Assembly: GCF_000737315.1 (NCBI RefSeq)
Contig: NZ_JMCB01000006.1
Location: 144,001-268,000 of the forward strand
DNA length: 124,000 nt
Reading direction: 5' to 3'
Source: Hyalangium minutum
GTDB lineage: Bacteria; Myxococcota; Myxococcia; Myxococcales; Myxococcaceae
Shown here: positions 1-10,091 of the stretch, piece after piece
Numbering within the stretch: the first letter of the stretch is position 1
How the letters are laid out: each line of letters starts with the position of its first letter
Notes under the pieces: generated by a model
Seen by the model: only the letters and a program-made list of their open reading frames with translations
Databases searched by the model: none
Told to the model about the DNA's origin: nothing
Program-made: the position numbers and the translations under genes

Positions 1-9
1 CTGCTGACA

Positions 10-975
10 TTGCCGTTCAAGCCGGACGAGCTGTACCGGGTGCCCACGGATGATGGAGCGGCCATTGCGTTGGGGCGCTACCACGCGCGGGGGCAGCGCC
101 GGTACGCCGAGCCCGTCATCCTCTGCCATGGGCTGGGCGCCAACCGCTTCCACATGGACTTCGACGAGCGCTACAGCCTGGCCCGGTACCTGGCGCGCGC
201 GGGCTTCGAGACGTGGGTGATGGAGCTGCGCGGGCGGGGGTTGGCGGGGCCAGCGTCAGACTTTACGTTTGATGATCAGGCCGAGCACGACGTGCGCGCG
301 GCCATCCGCACGGTGGTGTCCACGGGCCCGAAGCAGGTGCTCTGGGTGGGGCACTCCAAGGGCGGGCTCACCTTATATGGGCACCTGGCGCGCAACCCGC
401 AGGCGCCGGTGCGCGCGGCGGCCACGCTGGGGGCGCCGTTCACCTTCGCGGTGCAGCCGGGCCTGCGCATCTTCATGAGCAAGATCGAGCCGCTGCTGCG
501 GCTCAGGAGCATCCCCACCCGGCGGATTACAGGCATCGCCGTGCTCGGCGCGCCGCCGGGGCCAATGACGCGCTACATGATGTTGGCCGACAACATGGAG
601 CCGGACGTGGTGCGCAAGGCGATGGCCAACGTGCCCGCCGACATCGCCGGGGGCGTAGTGCGGCAGTTCGCCCGGTGGATTACCACGCACAGCTTCACCT
701 CGTATGACGGGAGCTTCGACTACCAGGTGCCGCTGTCCGAGGTGCGCACGCCCTTCCTGCTGCTGGCGGGGAGCCGGGACTTGCTGGCGCCGCCGCTGGC
801 GGTGGCTCGGGCGAAGGAGCACCTCGGCGGGCCGGTGAAGCTCGTGGTCGCGGGCCGGGCGCACGGCTTCGCGGAGGACTACGGGCACGCGGACCTGGTG
901 CTGGGCCGCCGCGCGCCGGACGAAATCTTCCCGCTGGTGGAGACGTTCCTCTCCGCGAACGCGACGCGCGCCTGA
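10..975 (+). CDS. Alpha/beta hydrolase (lipase/PHA-synthase-like)
   Basis: CHGLG oxyanion region, GHSKGG nucleophile elbow, C-terminal YGHADL His; start may lie at or just before the window edge. Confidence 0.8.
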   Translation: MPFKPDELYRVPTDDGAAIALGRYHARGQRRYAEPVILCHGLGANRFHMDFDERYSLARYLARAGFETWVMELRGRGLAGPASDFTFDDQAEHDVRAAIRTVVSTGPKQVLWVGHSKGGLTLYGHLARNPQAPVRAAATLGAPFTFAVQPGLRIFMSKIEPLLRLRSIPTRRITGIAVLGAPPGPMTRYMMLADNMEPDVVRKAMANVPADIAGGVVRQFARWITTHSFTSYDGSFDYQVPLSEVRTPFLLLAGSRDLLAPPLAVARAKEHLGGPVKLVVAGRAHGFAEDYGHADLVLGRRAPDEIFPLVETFLSANATRA

Positions 976-1034
976 CGCCTCGTGGCACCGGTTGTCCAGG
1001 CCCGCTCGCCGTGCTAGCCCGAGCGCCCGCCTCC

Positions 1035-2057
1035 ATGCCTTCTGCCCTTCGCTCCCTGCTTCTGCTCACGCTGCCGCTGGTGGCGTGCGAGCGCGCGCCC
1101 GCCCCGGGACGCGCCGAGGTGGACGTGCGCCACACGCGCGAGGAAGCCGGCACTCCGGTGGCGCGCTGGCAGGGGGACATGCTCACCGCCGAGGCGCTGG
1201 AGCAGCGCTTCCTGGAGATGAGCCCCGCCCTGCGCGAGCGCTACCAGACGCCCGAGGCCAAGCGCGAGTACGTGGAGAGCGTGGCCCGCTTCGAGCTGCT
1301 GGCGCGCGAGGCGCTCGAGCGGGGGCTGCAGAATGACCCCGAGGTGCTGGCCAGCTTCAAGCGGGCCCTGGTGAGCCGGTTGACCCGCCAGCAGCTGGAG
1401 AAGGCCGACGTCACGGTGACCGACGCCGAGGTGGCCGAGGCCTATGCGAAGGAGCGGGACAGCTTCTCGCGGCCCGCCCAGGTGCGCCTGTCGCACGTCT
1501 TCCTGGCGGCGCCTCGCGGAGATGCGGCCCGGGTGGCCACGGTTCGTGCCCGAGCCGAGGCGCTGATGAAGCAGATCCGCGCGCTGCCTCCCGCTGACTT
1601 CAAGTCCTTCGGGCAGGTGGCCCGGGAGCAGAGCGAGGAGCCTCGCACCCAGCCGCTGGATGGGGACATGCGCTTCCTCTCCGACGAGGCGCTCGCTCGC
1701 GCGTATGGCCCCGAGGTGCTCGCGGCGGCACGTGAGCTGAAAGAGTCGGGCGATGTGGTGGGGCCGGTGCAGACAGAGCAGGGCTTCCACCTCCTCAAGC
1801 TGAACGGACGGCTGCCCGCGGTGGACCTCTCCTTGGAGGAGGTACGCGAGCAGCTCACCCAGCGGCTTCGAGGCCTGAAGCAGAACCGAGCCTGGGCGGA
1901 CTTCCTGGAGGGCTTGGAGCGCCGCCAGGGGCTCTCCGTGGACGCGGCAGCGCTGGCGCGGGTGCCGGTGGACATGTCCGCGCCCATGCGTGCGCCCTTG
2001 GGGCCGCTGCCGGGGACGGTGCCCGCCCCCTATGCCTCTGAGGGGGAAATGCCATGA
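1035..2057 (+). CDS. PpiC/parvulin-type peptidyl-prolyl isomerase lipoprotein
   Basis: Lipobox LPLVAC; VRLSHVFL, SEEPRT..DGDM and GFHLLKL parvulin motifs. Confidence 0.8.
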   Translation: MPSALRSLLLLTLPLVACERAPAPGRAEVDVRHTREEAGTPVARWQGDMLTAEALEQRFLEMSPALRERYQTPEAKREYVESVARFELLAREALERGLQNDPEVLASFKRALVSRLTRQQLEKADVTVTDAEVAEAYAKERDSFSRPAQVRLSHVFLAAPRGDAARVATVRARAEALMKQIRALPPADFKSFGQVAREQSEEPRTQPLDGDMRFLSDEALARAYGPEVLAAARELKESGDVVGPVQTEQGFHLLKLNGRLPAVDLSLEEVREQLTQRLRGLKQNRAWADFLEGLERRQGLSVDAAALARVPVDMSAPMRAPLGPLPGTVPAPYASEGEMP

Positions 2058-2131
2058 AGGCTACCTTGCCGGGCGCTCAGGCGTGGGCCACCGTTGCCCT
2101 TCTCTCGCGTCCCTCGTAGAGGAGAGCTTGC

Positions 2132-3130
2132 ATGCGCCCCTTTCCTACCCGCACTTCTCCGCTCCTCCTCGTGACCCTGGCGCTCGGCACCCTGGGCGCG
2201 GTGGGCTGCAACAAGCCGCCCGAGGCGGAGCCCGATGCCAACGTGGTGGCCACGGTGAATGGCGAGGGGGTGCGCCGCGCCGACTTCGAACAGGAGCTGA
2301 CGCGGGAGCTGTCCTCCTCCGAGGGCCCCGAGCTCACGCCCGAGGAGGTAGAGCCCTTCAAGCGGGCGCTGCTGGACAGCATCGTGAAGCGGCTGCTGCT
2401 GTTGCAGGAGGCGAAGCAGCACAACATCACCGTGACGCCGGAGGAGGTGGACCGGCAGATGCTGCGGCTGACGGGCGACTACCCCACGGACAGCTTCAGC
2501 GACGCGCTGGCACAGGGGCAGCTGTCGCTGGCCGAGCTGCGGGCGCGCGAGTCCCAGCGGCTCATCATCGAGAAGCTCTTCGCGAACCACGTGTACGCGC
2601 GCGTGGCGGTGACGGAGGAGGAGCTGCGCGCGTACTTCACGGCCCACGAGGCGGAGTTCCAGGAGCCGGAGGAGGTCCACGCGGCGCAGTTGGTGGTGAA
2701 GGGGCTGGACGAGGCCAAGCGGGTGCAGGCACTGCTGAAATCGGGGAAGAAGTTCGCGGATCTGGCGCGGCGCTACTCGCTGAGCGCGGACGCGAAGGTG
2801 GGCGGGGACTTGGGGTTCTTCCCGCGTGGGCAGATGCCGAAGGCGTTCGATGACGTGGTGTTCAACATGCGGCCGGGACAGGTGTCGGACGTGGTGTCCA
2901 CGGAGTACGGCTTCCACCTGTTCAAGGTCATCGAGTTCAAGCCGGGCCGGAAGCGGGACCTCGCGGAGGTGCGAGGGCAGATCGAGGCGCGCATCGTGAT
3001 GCTCAAGCAGTCCGAGGCGCAGGAGGCCTTCGAGAAGGAACTGCAGGAGAAGGCCAAAATCTGGGTGAACGAGGCAGCACTGCAGACCATCCGTGGCAAG
3101 CCTGTGCCGCAGGCCCCGGCGGCGGAGTAG
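2132..3130 (+). CDS. SurA-N/PpiC peptidyl-prolyl isomerase lipoprotein
   Basis: Lipobox AVGC; VATVNGE N-domain; FADLARRYS, GGDLGFF and YGFHLFKV motifs. Confidence 0.85.
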   Translation: MRPFPTRTSPLLLVTLALGTLGAVGCNKPPEAEPDANVVATVNGEGVRRADFEQELTRELSSSEGPELTPEEVEPFKRALLDSIVKRLLLLQEAKQHNITVTPEEVDRQMLRLTGDYPTDSFSDALAQGQLSLAELRARESQRLIIEKLFANHVYARVAVTEEELRAYFTAHEAEFQEPEEVHAAQLVVKGLDEAKRVQALLKSGKKFADLARRYSLSADAKVGGDLGFFPRGQMPKAFDDVVFNMRPGQVSDVVSTEYGFHLFKVIEFKPGRKRDLAEVRGQIEARIVMLKQSEAQEAFEKELQEKAKIWVNEAALQTIRGKPVPQAPAAE

Positions 3131-3179
3131 AACAGAGTTCGAGCCCCGGCAGGGCCTGGGGCGCATCCGAGGGATTGAG

Positions 3180-4145
3180 ATGAAGACGTGGCTGGGAGTC
3201 ATCGCGGTGGCCGTGCTGGTGGTGGCGGGGGCGGCGCGCGCGGAGCTGGTGGACAAGGTGGCGGCGGTGGTGAACCGCGACATCATCGCACTGTCCGAGG
3301 TGCAGCAGCGGGCCTCGCCGGAGCTGGCGCGGCTGACGGAGCGGGATCCGCGCAAGCGCACCGAGCAGCGCAACCAGGTGATGAAGCTGGCGCTGGACCA
3401 GCTCATCGCGGAGAAGCTGGTGGAGGCGGAGGTGAAGGAGCTGGGGTTGACGTCCTCGGCCTCGGAGATCGACGAGGCGATGGCGGACGTGCAGCGGCAG
3501 AACAGCATCACGGATCCGGCGCAGTTCGAGCAGTTGCTGGCGCGCGAGGGCTACACGCTGAAGACCTACAAGGAGTTCCTCGGCAAGCAGATTGCGCGCG
3601 GCAAGCTCATGCAGCTGAAGGTGTCGTCGAAGATCAAGGTGTCCGAGGAGGACCTGAAGGCGGCCTACGCGCAGTACGCGAAGAACGAGGGCGAGGACGT
3701 GGAGGTGCACGCGCGGCACATCCTGGTGTCGGTGGATCCGAAGGCGACGCCGGAGGAGGTGGAGGCGGCGCGGAAGAAGGCGCTGACCATCATGGAGGAG
3801 GCGCGGCGGCCGGGGATGGACTTCTCGTCGCTGGCGAAGGCGCGCAGCGAGGGCCCGAGCAAGGAGGACGGTGGAGACCTGGGCTTCTTCCGGCGCGGAG
3901 TGATGGTGCCGGCGTTCGAGAAGGCGGCGTTCTCGCTGAAGGAGGGCGAGGTGAGCGAGCCAATCCGCACCAACTTTGGATGGCACGTGCTGAAGGTGGA
4001 GGAGCGGCGAGCGGTGGGGGTGGCGGACTACGAGGAGCTGCGGCCGAAGCTGGAGATGCAGCTGCGGCAACAGAAGACGGAGAAGTTCGTCGACCAGTAC
4101 GTGCAGGAGCTGAAGAAGAAGGCCGTCATCGAGGTGAAGCTCTGA
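3180..4145 (+). CDS. surA: SurA-like periplasmic chaperone/PPIase
   Basis: Signal peptide MKTWLG..ARA; ELVDKVAAVVN SurA N-terminus; ARHILV, GGDLGFF, FGWHVLKV; directly upstream of pdxA as in the conserved surA-pdxA order. Confidence 0.8.
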   Translation: MKTWLGVIAVAVLVVAGAARAELVDKVAAVVNRDIIALSEVQQRASPELARLTERDPRKRTEQRNQVMKLALDQLIAEKLVEAEVKELGLTSSASEIDEAMADVQRQNSITDPAQFEQLLAREGYTLKTYKEFLGKQIARGKLMQLKVSSKIKVSEEDLKAAYAQYAKNEGEDVEVHARHILVSVDPKATPEEVEAARKKALTIMEEARRPGMDFSSLAKARSEGPSKEDGGDLGFFRRGVMVPAFEKAAFSLKEGEVSEPIRTNFGWHVLKVEERRAVGVADYEELRPKLEMQLRQQKTEKFVDQYVQELKKKAVIEVKL

Positions 4146-4156
4146 GCACCCAGCAT

Positions 4157-5131
4157 GTGCCGGTGGTGGGTATCTCCCTGGGCGATGTGTCCGGCATCGG
4201 CCCAGAGGTGACGGCAGCGGCGCTGGCGCTGCCTCGGGTGCGCCGGGAGCTGGTGCCAGTGGTGTTCGGAGACGGCCCCACGCTGGCGCGCTTTCCGATC
4301 TTCAAGAAGTACGCGCGCGCCACTCCGGAGACACTGAGCCGGGCCACGGGCCCCACCGTGTGCGAGGTATCCACGCTGGCCGAGAAGGATCGCCGGCCGG
4401 GCAAGCCCTCCGCGGCAGGAGGGCGCGCCCAGTACACTTATGTGACGGCGGCCATCGAGGCCGCGCGCGCCGGGCACGTCGATGCGCTGTGCACAGCACC
4501 GGTGTCCAAGGAGCAGATTTCCCGCGCGGGGATTCCCTTCATGGGACACACCGAGGTGCTGGCAGAGGCATTCGGCGTCGAGGTGCTGATGCTGATGGAT
4601 GGGCCTCGGGTGCGCATCGCACTGGCCACCAACCACGTGCCCGTGTCCGCGCTGCCCCAGCTGCTGACGGTGGAGAAGCTCACGGAGCAGCTCGTGCTGC
4701 TGTCGCGAGAGCTGAAGCCCGTGGTGGGACGCCGCCCGCGCATCGCGGTGCTGGGCCTCAATCCCCACGCGGGCGAGGGCGGGCTCTTGGGGCGCGAGGA
4801 AGTGGAGATCATCTCTCCCGCCATCCAGCAAGCCCGGAAGGCGCGGGTGGATGCGCACGGACCGATTCCCGCGGATGGCCTGTTCGCGCGGCCGGATGAC
4901 ATCCCCTACGACGCGGTGCTGGCCATGTACCACGACCAGGGCCTCATCCCCGCCAAGGCCCTGGACTTCGAGCGCACCGTGAACGTGACGCTGGGACTCC
5001 CGGTGCCTCGCACGTCGCCAGACCACGGCACCGCGTACTCGCTCGCGGGCACGGGCAAGGCCAGCCGCGTGCCCATGGTGGAGGCGCTGCTCAAGGCAGC
5101 GCTCCTGGCTCGGGCCAGGCTCAGAAGATGA
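4157..5131 (+). CDS. pdxA: 4-hydroxythreonine-4-phosphate dehydrogenase
   Basis: GDVSGIGPEV, TAPVSK, GHTE, GLNPHAGE, MYHDQG, RTSPDHGTA motifs; GTG start re-picked at 4157 (the ORF-track 3188 start is a read-through). Confidence 0.92.
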   Translation: MPVVGISLGDVSGIGPEVTAAALALPRVRRELVPVVFGDGPTLARFPIFKKYARATPETLSRATGPTVCEVSTLAEKDRRPGKPSAAGGRAQYTYVTAAIEAARAGHVDALCTAPVSKEQISRAGIPFMGHTEVLAEAFGVEVLMLMDGPRVRIALATNHVPVSALPQLLTVEKLTEQLVLLSRELKPVVGRRPRIAVLGLNPHAGEGGLLGREEVEIISPAIQQARKARVDAHGPIPADGLFARPDDIPYDAVLAMYHDQGLIPAKALDFERTVNVTLGLPVPRTSPDHGTAYSLAGTGKASRVPMVEALLKAALLARARLRR

Positions 5132-6746
5132 AGGGGAAGCGGATCGCCCCCATCTGAGTCCGGTGCTTCGGGAACTTCCACCCGCGCACCACGTCTTCGA
5201 CGCAGGTCGCCAGCGCGGTCCCCTTCAACGCCTTCGTCTCCATCGTGGCCTGCTGGGTGGAGCCGCTCGGCAGGATGAACCACCGCACCATGAACTTGCC
5301 CCCGCTCAGCCCGGGGATCGCCTCCTTGTGCCGCTGGATGCAAGAGGAGATGGCCGGCTGGTTCGCGATCACCACCTGCTGGATGTCATCGGGCGCGAGC
5401 GTCTCCGGGAGGTTCGCGTCCGGATCCGGAGGAACCCACACCGACTTCACACGCGTGGACTCCGGCTTCTTCTGGATCGCATCCTTCGTGAAGCCCAGCT
5501 TCCGCGCGAACTCCTCGTCGAACTCGGAGCCGTCATCGGCTTCGCTCTGTGGCGCCGGAGGAGGCTCAGCCTTCGCCACCACCGGAGCACGTGTCTCCTG
5601 CGGCGGCTGAAGCACCGGAAGCTCTTCCTCCTCGGCATCCTCTAGGGACGGGTCCTCGAGCTGGCGCCGAGCCTCCACGGCCGGAGCCCTCCGCGCTTGG
5701 ACCTTCTCACGTGACGGGAGCGCCTCGGCCTTCACGGAGGTGCCCACCGGCCCCGGGCTTCGCGACACCGAGGCCCCGGCCTTGTCACCGGGAACCACCG
5801 CCCCCGGAACAGGCACCGGCACGGCGTGCGCGATCGACGCGGCCTCCAGCGAAGTCTTGGGCTCGGGGATTGACGCGGCCTGAGCCACGGCTCCAGCAGC
5901 GGGCTCCGCCTGTGGCGCGGGCACCGGCGCGGGAGGTGTCGGCTCACGCGTGGCCACCGCCCTCCCGGGAACCACCGGTCCCGGCACCGCCTCCACAGTC
6001 CCGTTCGCCACCGAGACCCAGTCCGCGACGAGCCGCCCCGGCTCGCGCGGGAGCGGCGAGTCCTTCACGACGAGCACAGGCTCCAGAACCGCCGCAGCAG
6101 CCACCGTGGCCACTGTGCCCGCGGGTGCATAGGCGGCCATCACCTGCGCCCGGTCCGGCAGGCTGTCTCGCGTCATCCAGAGCATCGCCGCGACGAATGC
6201 GCTCGCAGCGCTCACCCCCGTCAGGGCTCCCACCATCAGCCACGGCGCGCGGCTCGGCGCCGCAGGAGCGGGAGCCACAGGGAGGTTCCTCCCCTGCTGC
6301 ATCAGGTGCGGCGCCATGGCCAACCCCGGCAAGGGCGCAGGCAGCGGAGCCCACGGGGCCTCCAGACGGGACGGATCCACAGGCGAAGCAGGACCCAGCT
6401 CGGGTTCCGGCTTCACCCTCAGGTGCTCTGGGACTTCACACGCCGTGCTCTCGATGTCCTGAGCGTTCTCCGCGGACGGCTCCACCGCGGGCTTCCCGCG
6501 CAGCCACTGCTCCTCTTCAGCCGCCAGCGCGAGCACGCTCTGCAGACGCTCCGCGGGCTTCTCCGTCTCAGGCGCAGGCTTCGCCTCCACCGGAAGCTGG
6601 GCGGACAGCTCCCGATCCAGATACGCATCCAGCTCCGCGTCGAGTGCCTCGTGCACATCTCCTGAGACACCGCTGCCGTGATGTTCCTTCCACGCCGCGC
6701 CTTGGACGGAGAGCGGATCCGTCCGCTCCGTTGGATTCTCGACCAC
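5121..6746 (-). CDS. Single-pass membrane protein with Pro-rich linker and C-terminal AgmX/PglI (TonB-C-like) domain
   Basis: One TM segment (WLMVGALTGV..AMLW); C-terminal DIQQVV..ISSCIQRH..GKFMVRWFILPSG..LATCVEDVVRGWKFP pattern. Confidence 0.65.
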   Translation of the reverse strand: MVENPTERTDPLSVQGAAWKEHHGSGVSGDVHEALDAELDAYLDRELSAQLPVEAKPAPETEKPAERLQSVLALAAEEEQWLRGKPAVEPSAENAQDIESTACEVPEHLRVKPEPELGPASPVDPSRLEAPWAPLPAPLPGLAMAPHLMQQGRNLPVAPAPAAPSRAPWLMVGALTGVSAASAFVAAMLWMTRDSLPDRAQVMAAYAPAGTVATVAAAAVLEPVLVVKDSPLPREPGRLVADWVSVANGTVEAVPGPVVPGRAVATREPTPPAPVPAPQAEPAAGAVAQAASIPEPKTSLEAASIAHAVPVPVPGAVVPGDKAGASVSRSPGPVGTSVKAEALPSREKVQARRAPAVEARRQLEDPSLEDAEEEELPVLQPPQETRAPVVAKAEPPPAPQSEADDGSEFDEEFARKLGFTKDAIQKKPESTRVKSVWVPPDPDANLPETLAPDDIQQVVIANQPAISSCIQRHKEAIPGLSGGKFMVRWFILPSGSTQQATMETKALKGTALATCVEDVVRGWKFPKHRTQMGAIRFPFIF

Positions 6747-6950
6747 GCCCCACCCCCTGGCCCAACCCGATAAAGCTGCCCAAAGCTAGGCAGTCTCACG
6801 GGCCATGCCACCCGGATGTTCACCAGCGGGCAGTGGCTCCTTCCGCTAACAGGCACTGCATCCCTAGAGCGTCGCGTGCCACGCAGCAGGACCCGCTCCC
6901 AAGGGTGTAGGCCCTTCTTCTCGCAACACGGCCGCCCATCTCGTGCCGGA

Positions 6951-8078
6951 CTACTCCTGGGCCGCGATCCGCCGCGTGGCGAGCGGTGCCAGCCTCCGCA
7001 TGGAGGCCTTGCCGACCACCACGTCCACCATCTTCCGCACCCGCGTCCAGACGCTCTCCTGCACGTAGGGCACACCATACCGCTCGCACAGGGCGCGCAC
7101 CTTCGGCTGTGCCTCGCGGTACTTGAGCATCGGCAGATCCGGCCAGAGGTGATGCTCAATCTGATAGTTCAGCCACAGGTGCGCGAAGTCGTTCAGGTCC
7201 CCGCCCGTGCGGTAGTTGGCGCTCCCCACCACCTGCTGCACGAACCGGGCGCCCCGGCTCTCGGGCGGCGCGTCGAACCGGTAGAGATCTCCGCCCGTGT
7301 GGTTGGGCCCCACCACGAGGAAGGTGTGCAGGTTCGTGAGCAGATCCGCCAGCACCGAGTTGCACAGCGCGCTGAACGCCGCCCACACCCCCAGCGGCAA
7401 GAACAGCGCCGGGAGCAGCACGAAGCAGCACACCGCATAGGGCGCGTAGCACCGCGTCACCAGCTCCCACCGCTCGGCCCGGGAGAGCGAGGAGCTCTCC
7501 CGGCGGCCCTTGCGACGCCACGCACTCAGCGTCTCCGGCGCGTAATAGCTGGCCCGCCACGTCAGCGCGAGCAACCCGAGCTGCAGATAGCGAAGCACCA
7601 GCGGCCGGCGCGTGTCGCGCAGCGTGTCCTCGGCATTGCGCTCGAGCAGATCTGGATCCGCCTCCTCGCCCGTGTGTGAATGGTGGAGCACGTTGTGCTC
7701 GAAGATCCACGCGTCCGGGAGCATCCAGTCCAGCCAGTCCAGCCACCGGCGTCCTCCACGCGCAAACCCCTTGCTCGTGCGGCCTGCGGGCAGGGACGGC
7801 ACCTGGTCATACCCGCGGTGTCCCACGTGGTGCATCAGCAGCCAGCGCGTGGAGCGCCCCAGGCTCAGCGCCGCCGCGCTCAGCGGGTTGGGCACCAGCC
7901 AGCACGTGGCCAGCCCCAGCAGCGTGGCCACCCGGCCCCAGCGCTCGATCTTCCGCAGGTGCTTCGCATCGGCCTCCCCCAGCGAGGCGTCCAGTTCCTC
8001 CCGCAGCGCCTTCAGCTCCCGCTGAAAGCCCTCCAGGTCCACGGTGGAGGGATCAAAGAAGCGCTCGGGCTGGGACAT
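6951..8078 (-). CDS. Membrane fatty acid desaturase (acyl-CoA desaturase type)
   Basis: His boxes HHVGHRGY, HNVLHH, QIEHHLWP. Confidence 0.85.
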   Translation of the reverse strand: MSQPERFFDPSTVDLEGFQRELKALREELDASLGEADAKHLRKIERWGRVATLLGLATCWLVPNPLSAAALSLGRSTRWLLMHHVGHRGYDQVPSLPAGRTSKGFARGGRRWLDWLDWMLPDAWIFEHNVLHHSHTGEEADPDLLERNAEDTLRDTRRPLVLRYLQLGLLALTWRASYYAPETLSAWRRKGRRESSSLSRAERWELVTRCYAPYAVCCFVLLPALFLPLGVWAAFSALCNSVLADLLTNLHTFLVVGPNHTGGDLYRFDAPPESRGARFVQQVVGSANYRTGGDLNDFAHLWLNYQIEHHLWPDLPMLKYREAQPKVRALCERYGVPYVQESVWTRVRKMVDVVVGKASMRRLAPLATRRIAAQE

Positions 8079-8192
8079 GCCAAGGTGTCTCGGGCAAGGG
8101 GGACAGCGCGGAGCCTACCAGCGTTTCCGCCTCGGCCCGCGCCAGAGCCTGAGTGCCGCAACCCCGCTTCGTTTGGGCCGCCCTTCTGCTAT

Positions 8193-10082
8193 GTGCTGTT
8201 CGTGGTGAGACGCATACCCCGAGGCACACTCCCAACCGGCATCTTCCTCCTGGCCTGGGGCAGCCTGCTCGTGCAGGTGCTCCTCCACTTTGCCCCGGGG
8301 AATGCCGCCGTCACGGGCTGGAACTCCGACGCCTCCATCACGGTGCTGCAGTCGAATGATCCGGTGTTCGATGCCTTCCGGCTCTACTACTACGGGCAGG
8401 ATCGCATCGGCGCGTGGCCGTGGCTGCTGGCCCAGGGCTGGCGCGCGCTGACGGGCTTCGACTGGACGCCCTGGCGCGTCTTCGCGTGGCAGGCCACCTG
8501 GGCCTGTATCGCCTGCCTCGCGCTCCGAGGGCTCCAGCAACAGGCCGGGTGGCTGCTGGCGGCCACCTTCGGCGCGCTCGCCCTGCTCTCGCCCCTCTTC
8601 CAGGTGCAGCTCTTCGCGCTCAGCCAGCCGTTTGGGTGGCAGCTCACGGCGCTCTTCCTCGCGTGGTGGGCGCTGATGCGGCTCTTGCGCCACCTGGGCG
8701 GTCCCTCCTCCGGGCCTGGGGCTGTGGCCCGCTGGGCCGCTGCCTCTGTGCTCTTCTGCACGCTGGCGTGCTGGACCTCCCCCACCTCCGGGCCGCTGCT
8801 CCTGGTAGCCATCGTGGTGGAGGGCGTTCGCGTAGGGCTTGTCAGCCCGGGGAGACGGCGCTGGGCCTTGCTGGCCGCACTCGTTCCGCTGGCGGCGGGC
8901 ATCGGCTTCGAGTCCGCGACCCGCCACTTCTTCCATCGCTTCGCGAAGAAGCAGTTTGGCCATGCGTATGCCACCCAGCTGAAGGTGGACAAAGGCTTCC
9001 TCGCGGAGAACGCCCGAGCCATGTTCGGACGCCTCCTCGAGGACCCGCTGGGGGTGGTGGTACTCGTGGGGCTCGGGTTGGCGGTGGTGGCGGCGGTGTT
9101 CCTCGTGCTCCAGCTGCGCCGGCGCGCCCTGGATCCGCGCCGGCCCCAGGAGGAGCTCGCGTTCCTCACGATCGCGCTCGCGGGCGGGGCGCTCGGCAAC
9201 GCCTTCATCGCCACCGTGGTGCTCCACGTGCGCATCAATGGCCATGACATCCGGTACCTGGTGCCCACGTTCGTGCTCGGCACGCTGGCCGCAGCCTCGG
9301 GGCTGAGCCTCGTCTTGCACCTCGTACCTGCACTGCGCACCCGGGCGGCGGGCCTGTCGGTGCTGGCCGCGGGAGGGCTCTTCGCCGCAAGCCACCTGCT
9401 CGTGCAGCCCCGCATTCCCGAGCCGACGCTGGAGCTGGCACAGGCCGCCGCGGACGCGGTGGTGGCCCGCGCGGGCGAGACGGTCCTGCTCGGCGGTTAC
9501 TGGGACACGTACTTGCTGGGCGCGCTGGATCCCGAGCACCGCCTGCTGTCGGTCTCGGTGGACGGTGACTACCAGCGCACCCCGTTCTGGATACCCAAAG
9601 TCCGCGAGGCGCAGCACATCCTGATGGCGTTCTTCCACGGGTATCTCGGGAGCGCGGAGGCTCCCGCCCCTTGGCTGTTGCAGTACGGAGCGCCGTTCCA
9701 GCTCGAGGATCCGCGCTGGGAGGTTCACCCACCCTTCACCTTCGCCCGCTACCGGAATGCCTCCTCTCAGCAGGTCCCGATGCGCTCGGAGCCCGAGAAG
9801 ACCTTCACGCCCTGCGAGCCCGGCGCCACGGTGACCTATCGCTTCGAGCAGCCCGTGGAGCGAGGCCTCCTCCTGGTGAGCACCCATGCGCCCACGAGCG
9901 GCGCCGAGGCGCGAGCCGCCGATGGAACCGAGGCCCGCGTGGAGGGAGTGCCTCACCTGTGGCTCGTGCACCTCGAGCGCGGAGCCACCCCCTGGCGTGA
10001 GGTGACGCTCCGCACCGGATCGACATCGCGCCCCGAAGACTGTTGGTACCGCAGCACCGCGCTGCTGCGCCTCGAACCCTGA
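8193..10082 (+). CDS. Multi-pass membrane protein, possible GT-C-fold glycosyltransferase
   Basis: About 11 hydrophobic segments, N-terminal loop SDA..YYYGQDRIG, RYLVP motif, soluble C-domain; start uncertain. Confidence 0.5.
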   Translation: MLFVVRRIPRGTLPTGIFLLAWGSLLVQVLLHFAPGNAAVTGWNSDASITVLQSNDPVFDAFRLYYYGQDRIGAWPWLLAQGWRALTGFDWTPWRVFAWQATWACIACLALRGLQQQAGWLLAATFGALALLSPLFQVQLFALSQPFGWQLTALFLAWWALMRLLRHLGGPSSGPGAVARWAAASVLFCTLACWTSPTSGPLLLVAIVVEGVRVGLVSPGRRRWALLAALVPLAAGIGFESATRHFFHRFAKKQFGHAYATQLKVDKGFLAENARAMFGRLLEDPLGVVVLVGLGLAVVAAVFLVLQLRRRALDPRRPQEELAFLTIALAGGALGNAFIATVVLHVRINGHDIRYLVPTFVLGTLAAASGLSLVLHLVPALRTRAAGLSVLAAGGLFAASHLLVQPRIPEPTLELAQAAADAVVARAGETVLLGGYWDTYLLGALDPEHRLLSVSVDGDYQRTPFWIPKVREAQHILMAFFHGYLGSAEAPAPWLLQYGAPFQLEDPRWEVHPPFTFARYRNASSQQVPMRSEPEKTFTPCEPGATVTYRFEQPVERGLLLVSTHAPTSGAEARAADGTEARVEGVPHLWLVHLERGATPWREVTLRTGSTSRPEDCWYRSTALLRLEP

Positions 10083-10091
10083 GGAGCTCCC

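Noticed and set aside
3188-4156. 647-aa PdxA with a long N-terminal extension
   Set aside because: The extension is an alternate frame of surA; PdxA similarity begins at about 4157
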